Positions 39,901 through 54,523 of a DNA stretch of 64,000 nt are shown here, piece after piece. Under the pieces are notes generated by a model. It did no database searches. It saw nothing but the letters and a program-made list of their open reading frames with translations, and had not been told where the DNA came from. This DNA comes from Octopus sinensis (Eukaryota). Position 1 is the stretch's first letter, and every line of letters begins with the position of its first letter. The stretch is from NCBI RefSeq assembly GCF_006345805.1, contig NC_043002.1:4526001-4590000 (forward strand), read 5' to 3'. The position numbers and the translations under genes are program-made.

Positions 39901-40336
39901 TGCGATCGTGAACCGAATACACTCACCACTAAGCTACACAGGTACCTGTTGAAGATATGGAAATGCTTCCAACATTGCAGTAGCTTTAGTTACCATCAAA
40001 AACAGAATATACGATATCTTTAAGTGGCTTCCGTAATTTCTGCGTCGGACAAAGTTCCTCTAATTGTTCCGTGCCTTAGAACCTTCTGGAAAACTCACCG
40101 TGGAATGACAATAGATATTGGTGATGGGGAATATTGGACCATAGAGGTTTGAGCACCTGGAAATATGCAAACCTGCACGTAGACAATTTCGGATATTGAT
40201 CGGTTCTTTTCCAAACAATGGCAATAGAAAGATTCGGTGGTCGCTCACGTGAGGGTACCAGTGTTATCCCTTTATTCCAGAGATAGCTATGATACCCGCA
40301 TTTGATCAGGGAGAACCAAAGAAACATGGTCTTATC

Positions 40337-40664
40337 CAGCAGTTCCCAACTAGAGTTCATATGACCTTTGGGGGTCTATATAAGATTTTTGCGGGTTCAC
40401 ATAAGCAAAATAGCAAATTAAGTTTTTTTAAGGGGCCATGGGAAAATTTTGCTCTAGATGTATTAATTGCAAGAAACGGTTAGGTTTCTTTCTCTAGCGT
40501 TTTGCGTAGTACAGCCTACACAAGTGAATGCATGATGAACGAAATAGGAATTTTGAAAGAAGTACAAATAAAACTAGTGTTTAAACATCAAACGAATATG
40601 GGGTCCACCAGGACAAAATAGTAATCAAATGGGTCCATAGATAAAAAATGGTTGAGACCCACTG
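40337..40664. mobile_element. Degenerate hAT-type MITE
   Basis: Ends CAGCAGTTCCCAAC / GTTGAGACCCACTG resemble CAGTGGTTCTCAAC-type hAT termini; the putative 8-bp TSD matches only 5/8. Confidence 0.45.
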
Positions 40665-43065
40665 GCCTAAACATTGTTGCCTAATTGTGGAGTAGGTCAG
40701 CAACTCCACAGCTGACTTTTGTCTTCTCTTCTCACTCTTCTCTCGTAACGTGAAAGGAAGTTACAACTTCTCAAGTAGTATCCGTAACTCGGACACGAAT
40801 TGACTTTCAATCTTTTCTCTTTTTCTCTTTTATCTCTTACTTGTTTCATCCACTGGACAGCGGCCATGCTGGGGTACCGCCACGAAGAGCATTAATCAAA
40901 CGCACATGCATATACACGCATAGATACACACACACACATATGCCTTCCACAGTTTCTGTCTACCAAATTCAATCATAAGACATTGGTGGGTCCTGGTCTA
41001 TAATAGAAGCCACTTGCCTAACAGAAACCACCAACCTGATCATAAATAATACATTTGTTGCAAAGCATGGTTGGAAATTGCTGGTCTTGTGCTTCAAGGA
41101 GATTAGGCAATTACATCGACAACAGTTCTTGGTCGAGTATTTTATCAACCCTAGAAGGATGAAGGACAAAACTGACCTCAGCAGGGCTTGAACACTAAAC
41201 GTAAAGAGGCGGACGCAATGCTGCAAAGTCTTTTTGCGACGCTCTAAGGATCTGGTCAATCAAACTATTCACAATGGTTTCTTATCTAGGCACAAAGTTA
41301 GCAATTTTTTAATGGGAAGGAAGATAATTGATTAAATCGACCTCAGTAATTAACTGATACTTTATTTTGTCTACTGCTAAGGTAGAGTAAGTGGAGATGA
41401 AAAGCAAACTTCACATCAGCGTGATTTGATCTCTGAATGTAAGCATCCAGAAGAAATAGTGTCAAGATTTCATCCGGAGCTCAAAAGATTCTGGCAAATC
41501 CACTGCCCTTTAAAAATGGTTGCTAAATTTAGGCACTGAGTAAGGGGTTTTGACAGTTTGGGGTAAGTCGATACCGTCGACTCAGATACTTAACCGGAAA
41601 TTTATTTTATCGACCCGGAAGAATGGAAAGCAAAATTGGTTTCGGCGAGAATTTAACACTGTTTGTAAAAAGCGGAACCAATACCGGGGGGCATATTTCC
41701 CCTTGACTTTGTAAAGACTTGGTCACCGCCTTGAAAAATAGTTTCTGGTTGAGGAACAAAGCTTCAGTTATCACAGAATGGGGTAAGTCGCGCCATCCAC
41801 CTCAGTACCTGACAGGTAAATGACCCCGAAAGAATAAAAGATAAAGTTGGCCTCGGTGAGATTTGATCCTAGATCGTAAAAAATAATGGAAGAAATACTG
41901 CAAAGCTTGTTATTCGACAGCCTAACGGTTTTGCCAACTTTTCTACTTTATACTGCGGACAATAACGGTTTAAAATTTTGACACAAGATCAGAAATTTCA
42001 GGGGAGGAAAGTCAATTACATCGACTCCTGTGCTTAACAGGTACTATTTCATTGCTCCTGGAAGAAAGAAAGGTAAAGTCGACTTCGTTGGGATTTGAAC
42101 TCAGAACGTAAAGAACTGGAAAAAATGCCGATAAGCATTTTTGTCGACGTGCTAACCATTCTGCCAGCCCATTTGAGGAACAAAGCTTCAGTTATCACAG
42201 AATGGGGTAAGTCGCGCCATCCACCTCAGTATCTGACAGGTAAATGACCCCGAAAGAATAAAAGATAGTTCTGCCTTTAATTCGTTCTACTACAAGTACA
42301 AGGCCTGAAATACATGGGGAAGAACTAGGCCATTGCTCCAACTCTGTGCTCAGCTGGTGCTTATTTTTATCGGCCCCGAAAGGATAACCAGTAAAGTTGA
42401 CTTCGGTAGGATGTGAACTCAGAACGTAAAAATGCTTGAAGAAAATACTACCGAGATATTTTGGTTTCTCCAAAACTCCCAAAGATTCTGCCAGCTGGCC
42501 GACATTAATCCGTTACTAATAATAGAAGCAGCGTTTCTAACACTAACACCATCATCAGCATAAACATAAACAACACCGCCATCATCATCATCATCATCGG
42601 CAGCAGCAACAGCAGTAGCAGCAGCAGCAGCAGTAGTATCACCATCACCACCACCACAACCATATCGCCACCACCACCACCACCATCAGCACTACCACGT
42701 CAACCACAACCAACAACCACATCACAACTATTATCTTGCCATAGCCACCACCACCGTCACCACAACCACATCACCACCACCACCACCACCACCACCACCA
42801 CCACCATCAGCACTACCACGTCAACCACAACCAACAACCACATCACAACTATTATCTTTGCCATAGCCACCACCACCGTCACCACAACCACATCACCACC
42901 ACCACAACCATATCGCCACCACCACCACCGATACCACCACCAGCAACACCATCCCAACTGCTCACACCAACACCATCACCGCCTGCACGAGCTAACGAGA
43001 ACACCCACAACGTGGTCGTTCAACCTGCGAGAAATAGCACCCAATCATCCTTTAAATCACATATT

Positions 43066-44084
43066 AACGCCTTAAAAAAAAAGAACACGTTGAATAAAAG
43101 GGTCCTGGCTTGTTTGCAAATGTGGAACAGACGTGATGGCCACGAGTGGAGCTCCTTCGATCATGGGTCTGGTTCTAACGCCTTAAAAAAACAGAATACG
43201 TTGAATAAAAGGGTCCTGGCTTGTTTGCAAAGGTGGAACAGACGTGATGGGCACGAGTGGAGCTCCTTTGATCATGGGTCTGGTTCCAACGCCTTAAAAA
43301 AAAATACAGAACACCTTGAATAAAAGGGTCCTGGCTTGTTTGCAAATGTGGAACAGACGTGATGGGCACGAGTGGAGCTCCTTCGATCATGGGTCTGGTT
43401 CCAACGCCTTAAAAAAAACAGAACACGTTGAATAAAAGGGTCCTGGCTTGTTTGCAAATGTGGAACAGACGTGATGGGCACGAGTGGAGCTCCTTCGATC
43501 ATGGGTCTGGTTCCAACGCCTTAAAAAAAACAGAACACCTTGAATAAAAAGGTCCTGGCTTGTTTGCAAATGTGGAACAGACGTGATGGGCACGAGTGGA
43601 GCTCCTTTGATCATGGGTCTGGTTCCAACGCCTTTAAAAAAAAATACAGAACACGTTGAATAAAAGGGTCCTGGCTTGTTTGCAAATGTGGAACAGACGT
43701 GATGGGCACGAGTGGAGCTCCTTCGATCATGGGTCTGGTTCCAACGCCTTAAAAAAACAGAACACCTTGAATAAAAAGGTCCTGGCTTGTTTGCAAATGT
43801 GGAACAGACGTGATGGGCACGAGTGGAGCTCCTTTGATCATGGGTCTGGTTCCAACGCCTTAAAAAAGAAAAACAGAACACGTTGAATAAAAGGGTCCTG
43901 GCTTGTTTGCAAATGTGGAACAGACGTGATGGGCACGAGTGGAGCTCCTTTGATAATGGGTCTGGTTCCAACGCCTTAAAAAAAAATAACGAACACGTTG
44001 AATAAAAAGGTCCTGGCTTGTTTGCAAATGTGGAACAGACGTGATGGGCACGAGTGGAACTCCTTTGATGATGGGTCTGGTTCC
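43066..44084. repeat. Tandem satellite, nine copies of a 111-116 bp unit
   Basis: AACGCC unit starts at 43066, 43177, 43288, 43403, 43515, 43627, 43743, 43854 and 43970; length varies only in the A-run; the array ends ~740 bp before the Vsx ATG. Confidence 0.95.
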
Positions 44085-44401
44085 ATCCGGGCTGCGTTTC
44101 GGTTGAAGATTACTACTACCACCACCACCTACCAACGCCGCCGCCGCCGCCGCCGCCAGCAGCCACCAGTAATACGGTTATCCTTATTTTCCCTCACCCC
44201 TGAAGGTGACAATTATCTCCATCTTCGTAACCGCATCAATAATAACAACACCACCTCCAGCTGCTGCTGCTGCTGCTATTGTTACTACCGCTGCTGCTGC
44301 TGCTGCTGATTTTGCTACTGCTGCTGTCGCTGCTGCTATAACTACCGCTACTCTTATGAAAATAATACAACGGTCGCTGCTAATACCACCACCCACCACC
44401 A

Positions 44402-44445
<44 letters not shown>

Positions 44446-44826
44446 GCCACTGCTGCTATAGTCAACCCCTTTTTTGCCCGTCCCACTTCCACTGACACTG
44501 TCCCTCACACTCCGCCCACGACCACCACGACAGTTGCGACGACGGCAACGCCGAGTTCCCTCAGTCAGCACTATCGCTTTCACCACCATCACTAACAATA
44601 CCACCACCACCACCAACAACTCCACCACCTCCACCACTACATCGGCAAACAGTTACGACGTCGGTAGCAGTGGCGGCGGCGGCGGCGGGCACGAAGGCGG
44701 TGACGGCAAGAGAACGTCTACGACCACGGCTACGACTGAGACTACGACCACGGCTACGACGTCTACGACTGCTACGACTACGACAGGAGGGAGTCGTGTC
44801 AATCTAGTGGAAACGCTCGAGACGAG

Positions 44827-45211
44827 ATGATGAATTTTGTACGACCGACTTATGGAGCTCTGGCGGTGTCTTCAACAGATTCTTTTAGTTTCGCTGCGGG
44901 TTCCTTTGCTGCACACCCGGCCTTGCAGCAACGTTCACCGTTTGCCATACAGGAACTGTTAGGGCTGAGTAACACTGAAAGCCCCAAATCCAGACCCGTA
45001 ACTCAAGGAGATGTTCTCCTATCGACATCGGCTTATATCTCAAGACCCCTCGTTTCGCCGGGCCATGGGACACCGTTTAAGGACTCAAACCCAATACCTT
45101 ACAGTACGTGGAGGCCGGCTTTTATAGATTCACTTGGGTCAGCCGCCGCAAATGCTTTTACCCTAAGTTCACCACAGAGGGCACTGATCACTAAAGATGC
45201 ATCCAGACAAG
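44827..45211 (+). CDS. Vsx: First coding exon of a Visual system homeobox (Vsx/Chx10-type) gene, 128 codons + 1 nt
   Basis: Complex, non-repetitive ORF from the first in-frame ATG (upstream in-frame TGA at 44737). It contains QRSPFAIQELLGL, the eh1/octapeptide context I recognise from protostome Vsx proteins. It ends at a strong donor CAAG|GTGAGT (GT 45212-45213, phase 1), after which the frame runs into a GA microsatellite. The homeodomain and CVC exons were not found in the window. Confidence 0.75.
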
Positions 45212-45268
45212 GTGAGTTCTTAATTAATGAGTGTGTGCGTGTTAGAGAGAAAGAAAGAGAGAGAAAGG

Positions 45269-45304
<36 letters not shown>

Positions 45305-45314
45305 GATAGAGAGA

Positions 45315-45349
<35 letters not shown>

Positions 45350-46190
45350 GAAAGAAGGAGGAAAAGAGTGAAAGAGGTTTGTTTACAAAATTTGCTACAT
45401 TTTACAAAAAATTTATTGCATGCTGTTTGCTTTCCAGAAAAAAAAATCTTGGATATCAACATTTATACATGTATATATATACTCACAGAAACATGCGTAC
45501 ATAGACATATATCCATATAAGTGTATGCGTATATATGTATATATATACACAACAACTCGTATACATGTATACATATACGAATGTGTATGCATATAAGTGT
45601 GCCTCAAAAACTGGCATACCCATCTGCAATGTCGACAGTATACCTAGGAATACAACGAGCGCAAGCATATATATATATATATATATTATATATATGTATA
45701 AATATATATATGCACAAACAAACAAACATACAAATATACATAACAAATGTGGGACACGCAGAGAGGCGAACACACAGACACACGTATATAAATATTAGAT
45801 GTTGAATAAATGTGTTTATAAATGATAATATATGAATATATATATATATAAATAAATGATGTTTAACGCTTGATATGTAATGTACATTATATACGTATAT
45901 ACGTACGCTATACACAACTTAAAAGCACACATAGCGTTTTCTACACACACACACATATGTATTTATTAATATATATGTTTATACATATATACTTATGCAT
46001 GATTATATACCTATGTGTATATATAAATATATAAATATATAAATATATATGTAAATATATGCAAAATAAGAAAATGGAGAAATACATCTAAATCAAATAT
46101 CAATTACCAGATAATACTCAATCACATACTTTATTAAACCACCACATAAGAAACTTTAAGGTCAAACATAATAATGTATATAAATATATG

Positions 46191-46233
<43 letters not shown>

Positions 46234-46291
46234 GTATGTAAGTATGTATATATATATATATTATATATATATATATATATTATAAATATAT

Positions 46292-46359
<68 letters not shown>

Positions 46360-46535
46360 GGATAGACAAAAAGACAGGTGGATAGAAAGAAAAGAAAATA
46401 ATAACACATATATATATATAATGAGTGGAAATATAAATCACGATTCTTTTAGAGAGGACTGCACACAGAAAGTACAAGGATATTTATTAGAATATGAAGG
46501 GAAACTTAAAATGAAGAGACTTCCAAGCGGATATG

Positions 46536-46576
<41 letters not shown>

Positions 46577-46706
46577 GAGAGAGAGAGAGAGAGGAGAGAG
46601 AGATAGATATAGATATTCACACTCAGAAGACGACAAATAGGAGTAAGTAGGTAGTATGCGTATATGAATGCATGTATATATAAATACATACTACACACAC
46701 ATGGTA

Positions 46707-46750
<44 letters not shown>

Positions 46751-46919
46751 ATTATATAATATATATCCTACACACATATATATGTATAAATAAATACATA
46801 TATATTATACATATATATATATATACATACAAATATATAATTTATGTATAAATATACATGTAAACATATGTGCATGTGTGTTTGTGTATATAGACATATA
46901 TATATCTATATTATATATA

Positions 46920-46988
<69 letters not shown>

Positions 46989-47897
46989 TTATATGTCCGT
47001 AAGTTGATGAACAAACGAATTTGTTTTTCATTTCTTATTTGTATTATAAATTTACGGTAAAAATATTTCTTACCTTTACTCGTTTAATACAATAAATGAA
47101 TTAATGCATTGCAATTAAAACCTTATGTATTAAGAATTGGGTACTTTACCAACAATATATGGATAAATGATATCCCATAGTGGGTTACACGCATAACTCC
47201 TCTCTTACTTTGTACTATATATATATATATATATATATGAAGTACACGTGGATATCAGATTACGTATATATAGACAATCAATAAATACATATAGATTAAT
47301 ATATGAATATAAACACATTTATACACACGCACTCGCACACACAAACACACACAAACACATATACATATACCTAATACATAAATGTATTTTTGCATAAATG
47401 TAAATACGTATGTTATATATATGTGTATATGTATATATATATATAATATATATATATAATATATATATATATATATGAATGCAATATATATATATAGCTA
47501 TATATGTGTAGATATGTAAGTCTACATATATATATCTATCTATCTATCTATCTAACTATCTATTTATAAATATGCATATATAATATACACAAATATATGC
47601 ACAGAAACATGTACAACATGCATACATATATATTTGTATATATTACACAGACATATACATAGTCAGATACATATATACCTATAAGTATATTCATATATAT
47701 ATATGCGTGTGTATATATATATGTATGTATATATATATATGAAAAAAAAAACTGTAAAATAACAAAGAAAAGAAAGAAAGAGACCTCGATATTATGTAAA
47801 TAGAGGAATTTATCTGTAAATGTAATAGTGACAATTATTCGGTAGCCAAGATAAAAATGCGAGTTTCGGAGCCGAGGGCCATCTCTTCAGTTATATA

Positions 47898-47965
<68 letters not shown>

Positions 47966-48350
47966 ATATATATATTAAATGTAAAAAAATACAAACTGGG
48001 ACAAGAACGTGAAACATTTAGAAGACGATACAAAAACACGGACGGGACATTCGAAGCCTTCAATCTTCAGTCAAGAACGGATCATCTTCGCAATTCGGCT
48101 GATTAATCTTGAGATTGCTCCGATCTGGCCAGCCCCCAAAGGAAAATCTAAGCAAGCGCATAAGATTCCTTGGAAGAAAGCCTCGAATGTATACAACACA
48201 GGGACGGAAAACGGACGAAGTACACGAATAAAAATAAAAAATACGTAAAAACAATAATGATAATATATATATTATATAACATACATACATATTATATATA
48301 ATATATATATATTGTATATATACACACACAGATATATATATATACATACA

Positions 48351-48387
<37 letters not shown>

Positions 48388-48949
48388 AACACACACACAC
48401 ACACGATATCTATCTATCTCTATATATATACACATACACATCGGGAAACACACTCACAATATTACATAGCGGAATGTTACAGAGACAGCGTAATATTCCG
48501 GCTTGACCAGCGGTCCAGACTCTGAAATGTGTCATAGTCCAACGGATGGGCTCATTTGTTGGTGTTCCACCGCCTGAATTTACACCTAACGCACCCGGTT
48601 TGGGTAACATTCATCTAATGCGTGGGAACGGAAGTGAGGGCATCAGAATCGCGAAGAACGCATAACTCTTAATTATTCAGAGATACCTTCCTGTACATTT
48701 CGATGTACAAACATTTATACAATACCTATGCACATATATATATAAGTGTAAGTGTGTGTATGTATATATACATATATACGCACACACGTATATATATATA
48801 TATATATATGTATACACATGCATATGCATGTTTATATATATATATGTATAAATATGAATATATGTGTATATGTATGTATATATGTATGCAAGTATAAATG
48901 TGTGTGCGTATACATATACATATATATATATATATAATATATATATATC

Positions 48950-49430
48950 CTTAAATCCTTAAAAATGTTTCAGCCGAAGGTGCGGCCATGTGGGGCACCA
49001 CCGTGAATGAGCTACACTAGTGTGTGAAACCACCTCTGATACGTGGCACTTGATCAACAAGGGAGTTCGACGCGCTGCCCGCATCTGTGTTTCCTGCCGA
49101 GAGGTAGGTTCATCTGGAACCCCTGACAAGAAGAGATCCAGTTTAGTTTTAAAGAAACCCACATTCACACCATGCAGTCTCCCAGGCATTTAGGAAGGAT
49201 ATTGAAGAGCTGTGGTCCCCTGAAACCCAAGCTGTTGCAGTATCTGGCCTTGTATTTTGATGGTGATGTTGGGATCTTTGGCACCATGCAGTGGCGCTCT
49301 GGACTACTGTTGGGATAACTTTGAGTGCCAAAATTCGGGGCAAGACTCTCCAGGATTTTCCAGATGTATATCACTGCATATCTGTCTCGCCTTTGCACCA
49401 GGGAGAAGAGTTTTAATACTTTAATATTTA
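48950..49430 (-). mobile_element. CR1/L2-group LINE 3' fragment
   Basis: Minus strand RRDRYAVIYIWKILESLAPNFG...YCNSLGFRGPQLFNILPK...FFKTKLDLFLSGVPDEPTSRQE; paralogous to the 3' part of 9205-10858, with the same tail motif. Confidence 0.88.
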
Positions 49431-49631
49431 TCGATATGCATAGTCATTCATACAACATACATATATATGTATATATATATGCATATATATGTATATATAT
49501 ATATATATACATATATGTACACAATTCATGCATATATATATATAAATATATGTATTGTGTATGTAAATGTATATATGTTAGGCGCTAAATTATATGCCAA
49601 TACCTTAACATATAAATATTTGTGTCTGTAT

Positions 49632-49679
<48 letters not shown>

Positions 49680-49700
49680 CATATTTATATATTAATCTAT

Positions 49701-49800
49701 NNNNNNNNNNNNNNNNNNNNNNNNNNNNNNNNNNNNNNNNNNNNNNNNNNNNNNNNNNNNNNNNNNNNNNNNNNNNNNNNNNNNNNNNNNNNNNNNNNNN
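49701..49800. other. Assembly gap (100 N)
   Basis: Run of exactly 100 N; distances across it are unreliable. Confidence 1.
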
Positions 49801-49896
49801 TCTCAACGGAGTCATTTATCAACATATATAGACATATCACACACACACACACATACACACACACACATCACACACACACACACACACACACACACA

Positions 49897-49941
<45 letters not shown>

Positions 49942-52900
49942 ACAGACAAACCTTAGTTTCAGTGGTTATCAACAGCAGATTTGTAACTATCAAAATGATG
50001 GATTACAAGATCAAACCCAGTCAAATTCATCTTCACACAACAAACAATTCGATCATCGCTTCACCCACCCCCATAATATTAAAATAATTCAAAATTATTA
50101 ATAAATACAATATAACCATTCGCGTTTCAATGGCCTTCGGTTCTTTCCTTTCTTTTTCGTTTCCGTTTAACTTTCTTTTTTTTTTATATAGGAGTGGCTG
50201 TGTGGTAAGTAGTTTGCTAACCAACCACATGGTTCCGGGTTCAGTCCCACTGCGTGGCACCTTGGGCAAGTGTCTTCTACTATAGCCTCAGGCCGACCAA
50301 AGCCTTGTGAGTGGATTTGGTAGACGGAAACTGAAAGAAGCCTGTCGTATATATATATATGCATATATGTGTGCGTGTGTGTTTGTGCGTCTGTGTTTGT
50401 CCCCCTTGCATTGCTTGACAACCGATGCTGGTGTGTTTATGTCTCCGTTACTTAGCGGTTCGGCAAAAGAGACCGATAGAATAAGTACTAGGCCTACAAA
50501 GAATAAGTCCCGGGGTCGAGTTGTACGACTAAAGGCGGTGCTCCAGCATGGCCGCAGTCAAATGACTGAAACAAGTAAAAGAAAAAAGAAAGAAAAGAAT
50601 ATATATTCGAATGTTTTTAGATATCTGTCTTTCTGGTTCTCTTCCCTGTTTGCTAATTTTGGCGATTGCCAGGTACCCCTCTATGAGCTTCATTCAGTTG
50701 GGTGAGAACTGTGGCCAGGGGGTCTTACGGAATCTGTTCCGTTTCTCCGCTCTCTGTTTAAATCTCGCCGAGGTCAACTTTGGCCTTTACCCTTTCGTGG
50801 TTGGTCTCTTAGTAGTAACGTTGCTTCTCTTTCATTTTAATTGTCTCTCCCTCTTTCCCTTCTCTCTCTCTCATTTACCCTCTCACTTTCTTCCTTTCTA
50901 GAAGAAACTGACTCTCTTCAGGGTCAGCATAATCCCAAGAGTAATCGACAGAGACTAGTTTGTCTTCTATCTCTCCCTTGTGGCACCACCTTGAAGAACC
51001 ATTCGACGAATGTAACCACTCCAGTACTTATTACATTTTATAAGCCTTGTACTTATCCTATCGGTCTATTTCGCCGAACCGCTAAGTTCGGCAAAATACA
51101 CTGCTCCGGCAGGGGGGGGGCGCCCCCTGTTCTACTCTTTCGCTCCAACTTTCTCTCACTCTTTCTTCCTGTTTCTTTCCTCCGACTTCCTACGCAACCG
51201 CTGAGCCTGGATGTGCATTCGTCCATCCGTCGATGCTCTCGGTGTCGGGGGTTGACCTGCTTTCTCTTCTGCGGGTCTTACGAATAGCAAAGGACCACGT
51301 TTCGGACTTCTCCCATCTTGTGAGCTCTGGGACGAAGACCGTTCGCTCAACAGCAACAGCAACAGCAGCAGCAGCATCTTCACCATCATCGTCGTCGTCG
51401 TCGTCGTCATCATCATCATCATCGTGTGTGGTTTAAGTCAGAGCGGTGAAGGATAGCGGCTCTGACATTTGCAGGAGCTTCGAGGTTGTTGGAATCGACA
51501 TGACTAATGTATTGCCGCTAACCATTGTTTCATTGCTTGGTTGCAGCTTATGTTGAAACCAGTGACCCGCGTTTCTGAACAGGCAGTCAAATAGGATAGT
51601 ATTTTGGAGTGTTACATAGGGACAGAGCTCATTTTGTTTCGTCCGATGCCCGCCGTGATTGAGTAGACAAATGCAAAGCGTAGTAGGGGCCAAAAAATGC
51701 TTATCAAGGAATTGAATTACCCTTAAACCGAATTTTGCGTTTAAATATTTCCATCAGAGTGGGAATCGCTAAAAGCACATGAAGAGGCGGATGGTAATGT
51801 TAAACAAGACCTACTACCATCCCCTTGCAAACTATTGTTCTTATTGTTGTTGCTGATGTTTATCCATAGTTCAGCCTGATCGAGCCTAAGGAAAAGCATT
51901 CCAGCCATGACTCTCTCATCTTTTACTTCCAGACATAGTATATCTAAGTGTGTGGCCTAGTCGTTAGTGTTGCACTCAACATCGCAAGAACTTGGCTCCG
52001 ATTCCTGGACCGCGCTGTGTTATGTCCTTGAGCAGAACACTTCATTTCACGATCATTTGATACCTGAGATGTGGTACATAGTGGCACCTGTGCAGACAGT
52101 GTCGGTTTGATGGAGGAAGTGAGATAATGTATAAAACAGACATTTAATTACTATAAACAAATTATCTGACCAGGTTGTGCAGCAGGAATTTACGGAACCC
52201 TCATTAGGAAAGGCTAGAAAACACGTTTATGGCCACATTAGCCAATATTCTCAGTTTGTTTCCCAAGACGTCATGGTGGTAAAGTGTTATTTAAAACATA
52301 TTTGGTTACTATATACAGTAGAACGAACACCTTGCGAAGTGGTTCCCCTGTATATTTAGGGACTGCTTTGTTTTACTGGGACACCAACAATACAGACGTC
52401 CTTTTATTGTACCCAAAGCTTCCTCATCCCTGTTATCCGTCTTTTTAGGAAAAATTACTGAAATTTTTATCAAGTCTAACTACACTTTCGCTTTTCACTT
52501 TCTCTTTATGAATCTCTCAGTTCACTTACCTGCAGGCAGGTGCAAAAGGTAATATGTTCCCTTGCCTCTAAAACTCAATGCATCTCCAATTAGATGGATT
52601 GGTTTTATTCATGGAATGCTATTTATTGTAACGTCTGGGGCTAAAACGCTGACACGTATACGTTTGCAGCTACAGCAACAATAAAATATTTAAAAATCAG
52701 GCAAGGTGACATAACAATATAGAGGGGACAAGAAGGATCGAACTCCTAACTACTCGCCAAGTATGTATCTATATACATATATATAAGTTCAGCAAAATTT
52801 AGATTCAGATGAATATGGTACTTAAGTTAAAGGCACCAGAAATTAGTATGGTGTTATCCATATAAATCAAATGGGGTGATTATAATCAAAATAAGCAACA

Positions 52901-53464
52901 AGGATATCCGAGTTAGAGTGGTACAATTGTTTCATGCTTCTTCATTTTATTAAACAATGTAAGTATTACATCAGTTTTAAAATGTCGGGCAATCTTCACC
53001 CATATATAGAATATTTTTAATTAAATGGACAACGTACATTTTTATACTTATTTCATTTGCCAACATTACAAAGAGGGTAGATATATAGACAGAGAGGTTA
53101 ATTTTATCATTAAGAACATGGTAGTAGAGTGATAAAAAATCTACAGATGGAGAAGGACCTTCTACACTACCTTGGATATCCTTATTGCTTATTTTGAGTA
53201 TATATATATATATATACGCAATGTTATCGAAACGACTGAGTGTCGGCACGCTTCATTATGACGATTAAATCTCTCATTTTGCTTTGTTTTTGATACTAAT
53301 TACTTCCCTTCTAACAATTGAGGAAACATCCATCCTATAGCCGTCACTATTCATTAAAAACACAATTTTACGCGCGCACGCGCGCGTGTACGTGCGTGTG
53401 TATGTGTTCGCGTACATGAACATCTTCATTCATATATAAACATACGAACATACATAACATATAC

Positions 53465-53531
<67 letters not shown>

Positions 53532-53674
53532 TTTGTGTGTGTATATATATACATAACCATACACACATATATATGTAATATATATGTATATATATACAAA
53601 TATATATATATATAATATATGTGTGTGTGTGTGTGTAAATATATTTTATATGTATATATGTATCTGTATGCATA

Positions 53675-53707
<33 letters not shown>

Positions 53708-53965
53708 ATATATACATACATATACAGACATATATATATATATATATATATAATACATAACTATATATACATCTACACACATTTAACTTCACACACACAC
53801 GCACTGACTAAAAACCAGACATTTGAACTGTCCAAGCTAATAAGACAATGTATCAATCCGCCATTAGTGGCAAAGTTCTCTTTTCTTTATTTCTTCTCCT
53901 TCTCCATAATTTCTACTTATTTTATTGTTTCTTACGCTATTATATTAATTCGTTGTTTGCTATAG

Positions 53966-54009
<44 letters not shown>

Positions 54010-54357
54010 TATTATTATTATTATGTTGTTGTGTTGTTGTTGTTGTTTTGTTCATTTTTCTCTCTTTCCAATCTTAATTATGTTGTCGATATTTTAATAA
54101 GTCTCCAGGAGCCTGTTTGAATTTCTTACTTAATTTTCTGGTAATTAGTATCACTTAAGAGCTGTAATACAGGAAAAAGGGAGGAAGGGGTGTGGAACGA
54201 GAAGGAGTGGAAGAAGAGGAAGAAGAAGAAAAGGAAGAGGAAGAAGAAGTGGAGGAGTTAGAGGAGGAAGATAGGGAGGAGGGGTGCGTCAGTGGTGTTT
54301 TTAGTTATTGTTTTCTTTTTTTTATTTAGTTGAAAGGATAGTGCGATATGGCGTGAC

Positions 54358-54407
<50 letters not shown>

Positions 54408-54488
54408 GTATATATATATATATGCATATATACACATATATATATATATATATAATGTATATATAGTATCTATATATATATATATATA

Positions 54489-54523
<35 letters not shown>

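Noticed and set aside
40800-42500. Cluster of degenerate SINE-like pieces with a ~95-bp duplication (41750, 42173)
   Set aside because: Ordinary old SINE debris with no additional structure.
43066-44084. CRISPR-like reading of the regular array
   Set aside because: The whole unit repeats, there are no unique spacers or cas genes, and the context is eukaryotic.
47850-48080. Two further CTGAAGA...GAA motifs on the minus strand
   Set aside because: Core or cleavage-site positions are mutated and the stems are irregular; at best decayed relatives.
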